A stretch of 63,350 nucleotides of DNA, filler included, from Collodictyon triciliatum (Eukaryota), in the NCBI GenBank assembly GCA_043381765.1. It is 9 parts of 9 records of this genome, joined end to end, with 100 filler letters (N's around TTAATTAATTAA, not from the genome) between each part and the next. Parts side by side here need not be neighbours in the genome. Positions count along the whole stretch, not along the records: positions 1 to 6,966 come from JBHJMP010004142.1; positions 7,067 to 14,023 come from JBHJMP010004143.1; 7 more parts are not named here. One strand, written 5' to 3'. This document shows positions 1 to 13,700 of the stretch, one piece after another. The position numbers and the translations under genes are program-made. The notes under the pieces were generated by a model that was not told the DNA's origin, made no database searches, and saw only the letters and a program-made list of their open reading frames with translations. Within the stretch, counting starts at the first letter, position 1; every line of letters begins with the position of its first letter.

Positions 1-152
1 AAAATAAATAAAATAAATAAAATAAATAAAATAAATAAAATAAATAAAATAAATAAAATAAATAAAATAAATAAAATAAATAAAATAAATAAAATAAATA
101 AAATAAATAAAATAAATAAAATAAATAAAATAAATAAAATAAATAAAATAAA
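1..152. repeat. (AAAATAAAT)n microsatellite at contig start
   Basis: Direct reading. Confidence 0.95.
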
Positions 153-179
153 ACAATTAAAGATCACTTTACAAGATGG

Positions 180-824
180 TCAACTAAGGAGGTTGTTTAC
201 ATAAAAGTAATATTGACTTACGATGGATGCCATACTAAGGATCTTCAGAATCTCACACTCAGCTTTGTGGTTATGTGATTCGCGACCAACGGAGTCAAAG
301 GGAGGAATCATGGAGAAGTGCTTACGCTTTAAATAGTAATGATGACTTAAGTGCAATATTAATACTTTGTAATTCATTCTAAGGATTTTGGACTTGGTTT
401 TTGTTTAACATATATATTATGGATACGATATTGATGACATGATCTAAATTACTAAATTTATCTACAGACTCAAGTCAAACTGACGGCAACAGCAAAAATA
501 AAATAAAATAATTGAGTTAATAGTAACAAAAAATCAAAATTAATCAAACAAACAAGATTAGCAATTTTACCGCTCTCCATAACAGCCTCATCTTTTCTGT
601 GATATTGAGTGGGTGGTCAGGAACATTTTCCAATATCCGCATGTCGACCAGTCCGCTTGCACCAGCGCGTTTCACACCTCTCAAGCATGTCTCAATTCCC
701 AGCGGTATATTTCCACGATACCGATAGTTATTACCAAGAATATACACCCAGTTCAAATACGTTTCTAGGGGCGGATTACATTTCTATGCAAATTTTATGG
801 TATATCGACTTAGTTACACGATAT

Positions 825-922
<98 letters not shown>

Positions 923-2092
923 TAATAGCTGTTATCTTGGTCCTTTGAACTCATCACACACATACCTCTGCTAGCTCTAGAGCTCTTTCATACATCTTCG
1001 TGGATTGCCCCAGGTAACCAGCACCAAAAGCTTCTTTTCCAGCCTTCGCAAATAACTAGCAGTTTTTTTTTTGTTTTTGTTTGTAAATAGAAAGTGAAGT
1101 AAACTAAAGTTCATTATATTATAGAGCTATACGCACTAAATGGTTGTATTTTATAAAAAAGATATGGCGTGTGCATCTTTTCTTCTCTTGAAATCACAAG
1201 GAAAACAATTCATGCGAAAGGGAGCATTCCGTCGACATGATTGTCACAAATAATTATTTTTTTTTTTAAAAATACAAATACTTACATGCATCGCCTTTTC
1301 TTCTTGTTTGGCGACAATAAAATGCTCAGCAAGGTCGCCAGTCGAAATAAAGGAGTCATGAAATGTCTCGGAGGCTGAAAAAGAAACAATCTGCAAACAT
1401 AAAGTAATATGCAAAGCGTCATTCATACATATATCCAGCATGTTTAAAATATCGCTCCGTTTTTACATAATCATTTCAACCAACCACCAACCTGGGTACT
1501 GACCATAGTGCGGGTTTCCATGATAACAAGACCTCTGACTATACTCAAAATAGTTAAGTTGGAAAATATGTATGCGTCACTTATTTCAGTTTCACCATCA
1601 GAATCTGGACTAGAGGTCCCCAGGGCGATTTGAGCTAGTCTCCAAGAACTTGATGGCTTGATATACTTCTCAAGAAGACCTTTGGAAACGAGCTCTGAAA
1701 GGGATTGGTCCACTCTGATTTACATGATAGATTTGCTCATAAGAGATAAGAGATATGATAAGATTTTTATCTGCAAAATCTTATTGTTTTGTTCTTGATT
1801 TGGTTCATTTCCGATAAAATAGTATTTGCCATATATACATAAAGATAGTTGTTTCTTGATCAAACAGAATCCATTTATATTATTTGTAATGTGATAACCT
1901 TTCATGAAGAGTTCTCCAAAAGCTGGACAGCTGTTGGATATTCCGGAGAATGCGCTCCAATAGGTCTCGGTGAAAGACTTCTCCGATACAGCTAGATATC
2001 TGATGGTGATGGTTGTCAAGAAGTCATTGAAGCTAATATTTGAAGCTGACTACATGTGGTATATTCAATTTTCATGTCTAAGGAAGGTATAA

Positions 2093-2130
<38 letters not shown>

Positions 2131-5100
2131 GCCTTCAGCAGCATCTGGTCTGATGGGTCGAGTCGGTCTACGGTACTCATAACGATTCCTGAAATCATGT
2201 CGTTTGGGTCATAATTTGCTTTTTCGATGGCCGCATTGTCGATGCGAGCAGTTCTTAATTGAGTATCAATAATAATGAAGCCGACAGCTAGTCCAGCATT
2301 CAGCAATTGTTTTAATATAAGAGGATTCCCGTTTGATTTCGCAGTTAAGGTTGATTCCATCTGGAGGTGGGGTAATTTGGTGTTCAGCAGCTTTATTCAG
2401 TTAAAAAGAATCGGAAACTGGAAATTTTTCAAACATAAACCGAAAATAAAAATAGAAGCAGAAAATGGTATGGTTACAGCAGGTGCGATGTTATCTACAA
2501 CTATCGTTTGGCAGGTTATTAAGCGAACGGTTTCCGGCGGTAGAGGCTCGAGAGTCATTCTTTTTGAAGACAGAGGGTTGATTATATTATTATGGAGTCA
2601 CAGATCCATCGAAAATCTTAAAGCATGAGCTAGGTACGGAGGAAGAAAAGAGAAAGAAAAAGAGGACTCTTTGTGTTTATGTCAAAGAATATTTTTAAAT
2701 TATAAGAAGATAAAATGAAAAAAGTTCAACAGTAGAAACCTCTGGATATTTGCCTGCTTCAACAAAGGTTTGATGAGTTCTGTGTGGGAGTCAAATGCCG
2801 TAATCGAGGAAATGAGGACAACAGGTGAGAGTTCTTTGACAATCGCCAACAGAATTTCGACGGAAGACTCATCCATATCCCCCAAATCATCCAGGTATAC
2901 AATCAATGCTTGCCCCAAGTCACTGGCTATTTTTCTCAAGGATTCAATAACCAAGTTCTTTAAAGCCTTGAATATGTCTTCTGGAGACAGAGGTTGCTCT
3001 AATTTTTTCTCGGAACTTTGCAATTGCTCTTCATTTTGAATAGAAAAGCTTATCCTTCTATCCTTTCCAGATGATAATCCAATCACATCATCTTCTGGCC
3101 TCGAGGGCGTAAGGTAAGGATTGCTCTGACTTGTTTGCACGGAGGGTTTAAGAGGAACAGGAGTCTGAGAATCAAACGTAACAACCCTTCTATTTCTGGA
3201 TCTCAGTCTATTGAATACCGTGGTGGGGTTACTCGAACCAGCAGCAGCGGCAGCTTTGGATTCGCTTCTTTCAGAGGTTGATGTGTCTTCTTCAGTGGGA
3301 GGTGATATCATTTCTTCCAGCATACCATGATCAATATTCATAATACCACAAATAAGTGTCTTCCAAACACCAAGAGTATTTTGGTTTTGCGATTTGGATT
3401 CGATCAAAATCGATGGTGTGATAAGGTTTTGACTGATAGTGTATAACTCATGCAAAAGACTAGTCTTCCCCATACCTATTATGTGAAAGAGTACGAGAGA
3501 GCTGTCATTATCGTTGCTTGACTTTCATAAGAAATCAAAACATGAATAATTATTTATTTATTTTTTTTAAAAAAAAATACATGAAATAAGTCGATGAAAC
3601 CATACCAGGCTCACTGTCAACTATCACAATCGCAGATTGTTTTGTCTGATTACTGCTGTCTATGACCCTTTGAATAATGTCTTTCTCTTTATCTCTTCCG
3701 TAAAAAAAGTTTCTCGAAAGTTTCTAGCAAACAGAAAAGGATTGGGTGAGACAATCGTGTGTCGTAAAAAGATAGTACAAAGTGAAAATAAAAGAATTTT
3801 GAAAGTTGCAAACAACACACGCTTTTCTTTCTTTGTATATCAATGTTCAAAATACCATTCTGCTATATTGCTGAGTGCCCCTTTTGGATTGATTAGCTGA
3901 ATATATCTGCACGGCTACGGATTTCCCTTTCACTTTAATAGACCCAAGACTCTTCATCGCTAGGTACCTTTATTATTATTATTTTTATCGATGAACATTA
4001 GAAATAAGGCTCTCTCAACCGAATGAAAAGAAATATACGGTAATTGACCATATCTCAATTTTTTTTTTTTTACACTTTGTATCATTCACGGAGACATTAC
4101 TATAAAAGAACAGGAATGTACAACAAAACAAGACTGGGTACCTGTCTAAACAGCTTTTTTGAGTCTTCTCGTCACAAATGATATCCTCTTCTGAAGCGTT
4201 GCATAGGCGAGCAGACAGGTTCACCAGATCTCCAACTATGGTATCGAGTTAAGACTTGCATAAAACCCCGAATACGAAAAATTGAAAGCGAAGTACACAT
4301 TACCATGAGTATCAATCGGATATATATATATGACATTTGAGAACCTAATGCATATTCCCATCGGTTTTGGTTTCCCACAACGCCACAAAATATTGTACCC
4401 GACGTAACTCCCGCAGAGCACTTGAGCTTTAGACCGGATGCCATGCTCTGAATTTCTTGTGCCGCTATGATTCAACGAATGTCAACGTCAGCACCGTGTC
4501 ATGGCGGAATCGTCTGAAAGTCTGTATGATGCAATCGAAAATACTTACCAACGACACACCGATACGCGTCGTCGTAATAAGACGTCGGTGGGAGCCCAAA
4601 GCATGCAATCAGAACACAGCCTTTGTCGTCCTGCATTATGTGAATGGAAAACGACATGGCAATTAAAATGAAACAAAAAGTGATATGGCATGTTCCTTTT
4701 TGCTGTATTTACAGGCTGTGTACCAAAGTGATACGTACCATCATAAACTGTCGGATGAACCCTTTCTCCTTCTTGAGAATCTTCTGTGCTGAATGGAAAA
4801 ACTTTTGTGCGACATTAGCTGTGGCTTGGTCACGGAATGTAAGGCCCGGTATCTTTACAAACATCACAGAAATCTTTCGTATCTCATTGAGCATGGATGT
4901 TGTATAGCTGGCACGAAACCGGGAATAGACCTAGTTGGTATTGAGAATATATCGCGTATGTACGGTGGTATCGCAGAATGCATAACAGGCGACAGCGTAT
5001 TTCATCAACTATCGATAATCCATAAAACAAAACAAAACAAAACAAAACAAAACAAAACAAAACAAAACAAAACAAAACAAAACAAAACAAAACAAAACGA

Positions 5101-6715
5101 AACAAAACGAAACAAAACAGATAAAAGCAAAACAAAACAAAACAGATAAAAGCAAATAAAAGCAAATAAAAGCAAATAAAGGCAAAGAAAAGCAAATAAA
5201 AGCAAATAAAAGCAAATAAAAGCAAATAAAAGCAAATAAAACATATTCAATTTAGACCATGATGATAATAATATCCAGATATATCAACCGTCAGCATACC
5301 GATCCGTTGACATATGGAACCAACAGATGGCATAGCCCGGAGGGATAGTCGTAGCTCTGCGGTGCCGCTGGGATGAAGGACTGGAATTCTTTGACTCGGA
5401 AAAATCCATTCTCAAGCTCATCGCCACTGCAAAAGTCACTGACAAAATGGTGGCTGATGGGAGAGAGAACCACTTCACCTTTCTCTGCATGGTGCAAAGC
5501 ATCCGTGATCTGTGTGATGGGCTCGCCTACGACCAAAAACTCAGACTGGTTGTCGAATCCACCCACGTGGACCAGCTGGACCTTGCCGGACCCGACTCCT
5601 GTGTGGAGAAACAGCTTGATTTCTTCTGTGACGGTGTAGTTGTTGAGGGTCTCTTCCAGCTCGAGGGCGCATTGAGCACCGAGTCGCGTCAGCCTTTGCA
5701 GCTGCTGGTTGATTGCAGGAGTGGATTTTTGAGGATTGTATTCGGTCCACGGATTTTCTTCTGTCGTGTGTCTGTTCTTGATTTTGTCTTCATATCTGTA
5801 CGCGGGTTTTCCTTTTTGAGCCAAGACGTAGAGACAAACTCAATGAAGTTTTCAGTCTCAAAAATTGTTGCAAACAGATATAGTACAACTAGAATATGTA
5901 TACTCGTCCGCGTCTGTCCAGATTAAGAGCATCGCATCTCCGGCAAAGCGGACTACGTCACCTTGATTGATTTGTAGAATATATAATAGTAAACGAAAAG
6001 CAAATTTCATGCATTTATTATCATCGTCATACTAGTTTTCTAGGTGTACAACATATATACTCTGCAATGCTACATATAATGTGCTACCTCCGTATTTTAA
6101 GATGATTTGAATCATCTTATCGAAATAAGCATTCAAATGGACGGTGAGTTGCTCGACTCCATGGTGTCCGTTTGCTGACAAGACTTCTGCCATCCGCGTG
6201 AATCTACCCATCCCACGCAGATAGGGTTTGCGCATTTATTTCATGAATATGTGAACAATCGAACAATCGAACAATCAATAAGCAATAAAACAATGAAACG
6301 ATGAAACAATGAAACGATGAAACAATGAAACGATGAAACAATGAAACGATGAAACAATCAAACAATCAAGCAATCAAACAATCAAACAATAGAAAAATAG
6401 AACAATAAATAGAATACCAAAGAAACCGAAAATCAAAAGACTTAATATGCAACTTTGAAATGAAGAAAAAAAACGATAAAAGGTATTCCATGACAGCTGT
6501 CATGTAGCAATTGTAGGTGATGAGAATAGCAATTGAGCCCATCAGCTCATTTCTTCTCTTATTTACCCAGAAACATCCGCAAATAGCACACAAGCATGTA
6601 CAGCGATGACTTCGGCACATTTTGGAGGATTTGCATCCAACAGAAATCGCGTGAGCACCGCATGAGGAACTGCTGAGATGAAGCTTTGGACGATCTCAGG
6701 TGCAAACGCATCCAT
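180..6715 (-). CDS. Soluble class III nucleotidyl cyclase of the ADCY10/sAC (Dictyostelium sGC-like) family: two cyclase domains + STAND P-loop NTPase + helical C-terminus; multi-exon, 3' end probably truncated by the contig end
   Basis: Exons reconstructed by eye. C1: ATG 6715 MDAFAPE...VLFADVSG|FTRMAE...LNAYFDKMIQIILKYGG|DVVRFAGDAML, then LHTGVGSG. C2: EIRKISVMFV, RQFMM|DDKGCVLIACFGLPP, AGVTSGTIFCGVVG..RWEYAL|VGDLVNLSARL. NTPase: Walker A EP|GMGKTSLL, Walker B LIVYLDD, STAND GNP motif and VDRLDPSDQMLLK. Junctions checked were GT-AG. Lower boundary approximate. Confidence 0.88.
826..920. repeat. (AAT)n intronic microsatellite
   Basis: Direct reading. Confidence 0.95.
5024..5240. repeat. (AAAAC)n followed by (AAAAGCAAAT)n, intronic
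   Basis: Direct reading. Confidence 0.95.
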
Positions 6716-6754
6716 TTTGCTTCTATGATAAGGAATAGTTACAGTAATGAATGA

Positions 6755-7173
6755 GAATAATAAATAATAATTAATAATGAATAATGAATAATAACAATAA
6801 TAATAACAATAATAATAACAATAATAATAACAATAATAATAACAATAATAACAACAATAATAACAACAATAAAATAACAATAAAATAACAATAATAATAA
6901 CAATAAAATAACAATAAAATAACAATAAAATAACAATAAAAATAACAATAAAAATAACAATAAAATNNNNNNNNNNNNNNNNNNNNNNNNNNNNNNNNNN
7001 NNNNNNNNNNTTAATTAATTAANNNNNNNNNNNNNNNNNNNNNNNNNNNNNNNNNNNNNNNNNNNNAGAAGAAAAAAGAGAGAAGAAAAAAGAGAGAAGA
7101 AAAAAGAGAGAAGAAAAAAGAGAGAAGAAAAAAGAGAGAAGAAAAAAGAGAGAAGAAAAAAGAGAGAAGAAAA
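6755..7173. repeat. (AAT/AAC)n and (AGAAGAAAAAAGAG)n repeats flanking the first spacer
   Basis: Direct reading; two unrelated contig-end repeats. Confidence 0.9.
6967..7066. other. Artificial contig spacer (44 N + TTAATTAATTAA + 44 N)
   Basis: Identical 100-bp element with stops in all six frames, recurring about every 7.05 kb. Confidence 0.98.
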
Positions 7174-7724
7174 AGGGTCGGTGGTTCTTTTGTTCTGGAG
7201 GGACTGGTCTCGTTCGCACAAGTTTTATCAGGGCGGCTTCGGGATTGATTAATTGATTGCTTGATTCATTTCACAGACGAGAAAGCCCAGCACAAAAAGT
7301 TCGGAAAAAACAGATTGTGGTTCATGTATCCAATGCCAACAACAGATATACTATGATTACCATAATAGTCAAGTCGATTCAAAAGGAGCCTAAGACGATT
7401 TGGTTCATGGGTATATCTACTGAGGTCAAATATTTATATATAGAATAACAGATCTACATAGAACAGTCAGGACAATGAAAGCGGATTGATCAAAAAGAAA
7501 AAGTGCTGTCGAGTTGGAGAATAAGCACACGCCAAGCCAAGAGACGTTGAAGGCAATGCTGAGTGACAGAGCAAGACTTAATAGAGCATAAAGAAGATCA
7601 CTTGAGAAAACTGGAGTGTAAATGGAGCCCTTAGAGAAAACACTTTTTCAATGTTTTTTTGCCCCGAAACTTCTAACATTTTTTATTCTTCCTTTTCTTT
7701 CTTTTTCAATTCAGTCTGAGCTGC

Positions 7725-10700
7725 ATGGAGGCGGATCAGATATTCACCTTCGATGGTGTTCAATTAAAGATCGTCAGGCTCGACCACCCAAATGAGAGCC
7801 CCTTCTCTGTGCAAATATACGACTCGGAAGCTGAAGAACGTTGGATCGACGCTGATTTTATCACCCCGCCAGAGTTTTGCTTGGACTCTTTGGCAGAAGC
7901 CTACCGTTATACGTTCAGAATGGAAAAAGCATCACTTACCCAGTCACAAAGCTGCTACAAGCTTATGGTTTCCTGGGATGCAGTAAAAAAATACCAACAG
8001 GACGGCAGCATTGTGGAGACAAGAATCCCGCGTGTCTACCTGCAAAGTGGGCTTTTCGGTGGCGGTCTGTGGAGCTCCAAAACATCTCCAAATGTTAAAT
8101 TTAGTGGAGATATTGAAAGACAAAAAATGAGGGAAAAATCACTTACGAAAAATTCCAATAACTCGAGAAGTTCAACGATTACAACAGGGAACCAGCCAAA
8201 AACAGATGCGACTGGAACTGAAACTGGAACTGGAACTGGAAATAGTGCTGGTCCTAGTTCTGAATCTACAAAAGACGGAACATTTTCAAAGAAGCAAAAT
8301 GACATGCCTGCGCCAACTAAAGATGGACGTGAAGGATTTGAAAAGAATTGGCCATTCTGCAACATTAAACCGGAGGATTTGAGAAAGCTGGATTCTTCTC
8401 CAAGTGGTAACATCCCATCAAATACCCTAGAGTTCGCTCACCACTACCGATTTGGAAAGTTAAAGAAATATAAATCATTGATTCTACATGTACTCAAAAT
8501 TGCATCCAGCATGGAAAAGTTAGAAATTATTCACATTTGGGAAGTTGGATTGCTCGCCCGCTCAAATGATGTTAAAGTATGTAGCAAATTATGGAGAATC
8601 ATAACACGGCCTGACTTAGATGAACTACATTCTCATCCTCATTACGTCAGATGCTTGGCAGAACTTTTGTTGTTCTCCGATTCTCATCTTCATCAAAAAC
8701 ACATAGATGAAGTCATGAAGAAAGTACTTCACAAAATTAAGATTAAATCAGACCATGAAAAGGAGGAATATAAAAGATCATTTGAGAAAAAAAATCGTGA
8801 AATGCAGTTTACCACTGAGGCAAAAATAGAAGAAAATGGTGAGATACCACCAAATTACTCAGAAATTCAGTATTCAGAAGTCACAGATGAAAATCCAGAA
8901 AAGCCTCTGTCATCGAGTGGTGTAGATGCATCAAAAGAACCTAATCAACAATCACATATGGAGAACCAAGGGAATGGAGAGAGTACCACTAGTCCATCAG
9001 AACCCATACTTGAATCGAGTAAACGGAAAGCAAAAAGAAGTGAAGACAAGCCAAAAGATGCAGCGAACATGACGAAAGAAAAGGATGACGCAGGAGAAGA
9101 AAACCCGATGGATGACCACCAAATGCAATTTCTCATTCACTCTGCCGGATTTCTTCTGGATTCTATTATCTTGAGAAATATCAAATTAAATGTGTCCGAA
9201 GTTGATAAAGATATGTTAAACTTCTTCCTTCTTGAGTCAAGATTGAGTCGACTAGACCAATATACCCATATTTTTGAAAAGGCTTACCAAGGATTTATTC
9301 GAATATTTCATTCTTCTGAATCATCCTCAATTAACTACTGGAAACCGAACGAAACTCAATCAGCTGATACAACGCAAAATCAGTCAAAAAGGAAAGTTTT
9401 GGAAGGCCATGGAGATTGTCAATTCCATATTGAATCTAATGATCAAAGAGAATGTTGGTATGAAGATTACATATTATTTAAATCTCTTATCCTGGCCCAT
9501 CGTTTGGAAGAAGCAGTTGCATTTTCAGAACACATATTTTCCATGGACAAGAAGTCATATCTTTCATTCTTTGTACTGGAGGAATTCGTCAGAATAGCAC
9601 AACTACCTATTAAAGCGTGCTCCAAATCAGCATTAAAGTATATCGAAAAATTGTTGAGTGACAGTTTTTTGGTTGAACAAAAGCCATACTATGGGCACCA
9701 TGCTATATATCAGCTCCGAAAACTTGGACAGTACGAAATTCATTCAAAAAAAGTACATACAATCCTTCAAAATAAAACGAATACAGTTAAAAAGAGCATT
9801 TTCATGGACCTAGTAAAGAAAGTGCTCGGAACAAACTTGGAACGACTGATTACACAGGATTTGCAGACTGATGAGAATTTTATTCCCACCTTTTTATTGA
9901 ACCAATCTCAACAAGAATTCAAGAAATGGAACTTCTCGACAGATCAAAACTGGGGCTCAAATGAGTATGAAGGAGACGAGGATGAAGATGAACTAGAAAA
10001 TGATGAGGTATATATTGAGTTAAAAGCAAAGAAAAACTTCAACGACAACCACAACACTGATGCAAACTCTATAGTCAATGATTTTTTGAAGGGGAATTCA
10101 GGGACGCTAATCATAATGGGTAATTCTGGTGCTGGAAAGTCAACTTTTGCCAGGAGATTATACGAAAGACTGCGCTCAGACACTTCCCAGAAAAAACACC
10201 CTATCTTCATTTATTTACCAGCGGTCAAGGAACCCAGAAGATTAGAGGAATACGTAAAGAAAAAGATGAATCCAGAGTATGAAAAACTGATGAAGTCAAT
10301 TTCGGCTGTCTTCATCATGGATGGATATGACGAGTTGAAAGAAGCTGGAACAGTAAAAATCATCAAGGAAAACTTGAAGTTTCTCCAGAAACACCACATC
10401 GTAATTACATATCGATATAATCTACAACAATCAAAACACGATTTGATGAAAATATTCGGGATAGAAGAATATCAAGGAATAAGTCCTTTGCAATTCATGA
10501 TTTTGCAACCTTTTGGTGATGAACAAGTAAAGAGATACATTGAATCATTCGTAGAATCTCAACCAAAAATATCCACTTCAAGCAAGGACTTAGTTTCCAA
10601 GGTGACGAGCTCTCCGAGTCTAAGGGAATCAGCAACATCTCCTTTCATTCTCTCATTGATTATGAGGGTTCTGCCTGAGTATATGGAAAAGAAAAAGTCA

Positions 10701-13700
10701 GAATCCGATGACAATCTATCCAGGTATGAAATATATGATAAATTTATAACTAATTGGCACCAGAGAGCGGAGAAAAGCTCGAAAGACACACGGCTTTTCA
10801 ACAAAAAGAATTTTGAGGACTATTCCATAAGATTATCCCAAAAACTTATCGAAAAGGATACAACGGTTGCCGTAATGAGTAGGAATAAAGGACTTCTTGT
10901 TTCGTCTAGTGAATGGAATGAATTCATCGGAGACACTTATGAGTTAACAGAATTGAGAAAAGGAGCTCTTGTGCGCAGATTTAATGTATCAGAAAACGAA
11001 GAGCAATATGGCTTTGTTCATCGCTCTATCCAAGAGTTTTTCGGTGCCAAGAAAGCCATTGAAGAAGTAGAAAAAGATGTATGGGGGGATGAAAAGAAAT
11101 CACTATTCTGTAATTTGAAAGATAAAGACTTTTTGGTGAAGCTTTTCATTGCAGATTATGCATTCAAGAATCCTGAATTTGTTGAAAAGCTGATAAAAAT
11201 CGTCCATGAATCAAAAGAAGGAAAAGAATTAGGAAGAAAACTCCGGTCAGCCAGCATAGCTATCGCAATACTAAACTATGCTAGAATACCACTTCACGAT
11301 TTGGACTTCAAGGGAATAAATATTCCTGGGGCCGACCTATCTCAAGCTATTCTGCAAAACGTGGATTTTTCTGGGGCAGACTTAAGTGGGGTCTCTTTCA
11401 TCGATGCTGACTTGAGAGGATGCACATTTGATAATGCAACACTAGAGAACACCAACTTCGGACAACTCCCGAAACTGAAGCATAACCACCCAGTAACTTG
11501 TGGAATAGCCAATCCAAATGCAGATGATGAAAATGTTCTCTTGTACACCGCTACAAAAAATGTGATTTCAGTGTGGGATTTGGAATCATGTGATTCACAT
11601 GCAAAGTTGAAACATGAAAATGTAAGTGCTATGACTTTGATTAAGAAGAACGAAGATTCTTATCTAGTAACAGGAGACAAATCTGGTATCATTTGTATTT
11701 GGGATACCATCTTGTGCGAGAAAATATTTGAAATACCAGGTATAGAAACAGGAGCAGCTCAAATAAATTGTATCTCATTTAACCTTGAGCTGCAGTCAAG
11801 GTTCAAAATTGACAGAAGCGACTCTTTTTTATTCGTTTGTGGAAACATAATTGGTGAGATAACATTCTTCCTGCTAAATCCGAAGCATGTTTACGAAAAC
11901 TCACTTAAAATAATAAAGAAAGTGAAAATGCCTGGCGAGATTACTGCAATAGACTTCTTTTTTGACAGAGAAAAATCGTACATTGTTTACGGAGGGAGCC
12001 TCGGATTCATCGCATATCAAGAGATAGAATTTAATCCTGAGACCATCAAAATATCATTAAGTGACGCCAAAACGGTTAATTTTGAAAAAAAAATTACGAC
12101 GCTCACAGCAATTAAATACCAAGACAGATACAAAATTGCTTTTGCAATAGAAAAAGACATTCACATCCTTGATTCCAGCACTCTCGACCAACCACCAAGG
12201 AAGCTTGAAAGTAGTCATGAAAAAAATATTCGAGATATTCAGTGGATTCCTTCAGACACCTCCGAGCCAGATTTCCTTGTGTCATGTGGAGCTGATAAAA
12301 TGGTTTACGTGTGGAATGTGTCTGGTGGTTCTGTCGCATATCCACTTTTTGGACAAGAAAATGAGGTATCAAAACTTAGTGTTTTCAAATACTTGGGTGA
12401 ATCCTATGTGGTTGGATGCTGTCAAGACAACTATGCCTGGATTTGGAGGGTACGCTCCAATGAGCCGTTGAAAAAACCAGCTGGACATAATCGAGCAATC
12501 AACGCGCTATCGTTGGTGACAAACATAAGAATCGAATCCAAAAGAGACGGAAATGAGCCAAAAAGTACAGAAATTACAAATTATCGCAGTTCTGTCCGTA
12601 AGGTTGTATCCTCTTCCTCCGTGATTGTGACAGGAAGCAGCGATAAACATGTGAAACTGTGGGATTTTGCAACAGGGAACTGTCTTGCAACGAAAAAATT
12701 GGACGCTATGATATCAAAGGTTATTACCAGAAAAACGATAAGCTCTTTTGAAGTTTATTTCCAATTACGTGGCGAAGAAAAGTTCATTTATTCAATTTAT
12801 TCGTTTGATTCGAATATCTCGCCCCATATTATTGTTGAAGAAACAGAAAAAATCACAGATTTCAGCGTTTTCAAAATCGGAGAGAATGATTTCTTAGCTG
12901 TATCATCTAAGTCTGGGCTCAAGGCTTATCAACTCCCTTCAAATGGGTTGGTAAATGAGATAATCAAACCTTCATATACTTTGGTTGATGGCAGAGTTGG
13001 TACATTTTTCATACACACTTCAGAGATACCGAATACTGTGGATATTATTACGGTTCAAGAAGGGATGGTTCGTTATCAAACATATACCTTTAGAAAACCG
13101 TCCTCCACACAGATAGAACAATTAGAAATAGAATCCGAAATCAAGCCCAAAATCGAGCCTGAACAAGGACTTGACACTCCCCTGACACCCATATCGATCA
13201 GAACCAAACTGAATGAAAGCGAGAATACAATATCTACCATCGTCGGGGATGAAAATGGGTTGTTGTACCGATTTGATTTCTCTTTGGATGGAAGTGAACC
13301 AAAGCAAGATGTTTTATTTGAAGGAGAAGACCCTATCTATGCATGTGACACATTCGAATTAGGTGATGTTGGTTATGTGGCGTTTGGGGGCCGCGATGGA
13401 TTTCTACGCGTCGTTGGAGTCTCAAAAGAAGATGAGGAACCAGTTTTTGAGAAGCAAATTCACAACCAAGTCCGTGCAATCAAGTATCACCAAGACACGA
13501 ACACCCTCGTTACCACAGGTGAAAACGGGTTCATGTATGTGTGGACACTTGCGCTTAAAAACGAAAAAGGCGGTTCAAGAGAAATTGAGATGTTAGTCGC
13601 CTGGACTTCTCACACAGTTCTTCACGGAGATGGTATTAGCACAGATGGCCTTAAAAAATGCTCAGAACCGAATCGTCGTCTTCTTGAACAGTTAAAATGC

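Noticed and set aside
609-974. Poly-Asn ORF and other low-complexity ORFs (poly-L, FCFVL, LSSFIFH, CVCV)
   Set aside because: Translations of intronic or intergenic microsatellites
7011-7022. Recurrent palindrome TTAATTAATTAA at ~7-kb periodicity
   Set aside because: Always centred in 44+44 Ns; a synthetic six-frame-stop linker, not biology
11460-13590. HET-E-like hypervariable, near-identical WD40 repeat array
   Set aside because: The WD repeats are highly divergent from one another, so there is no sign of concerted repeat shuffling
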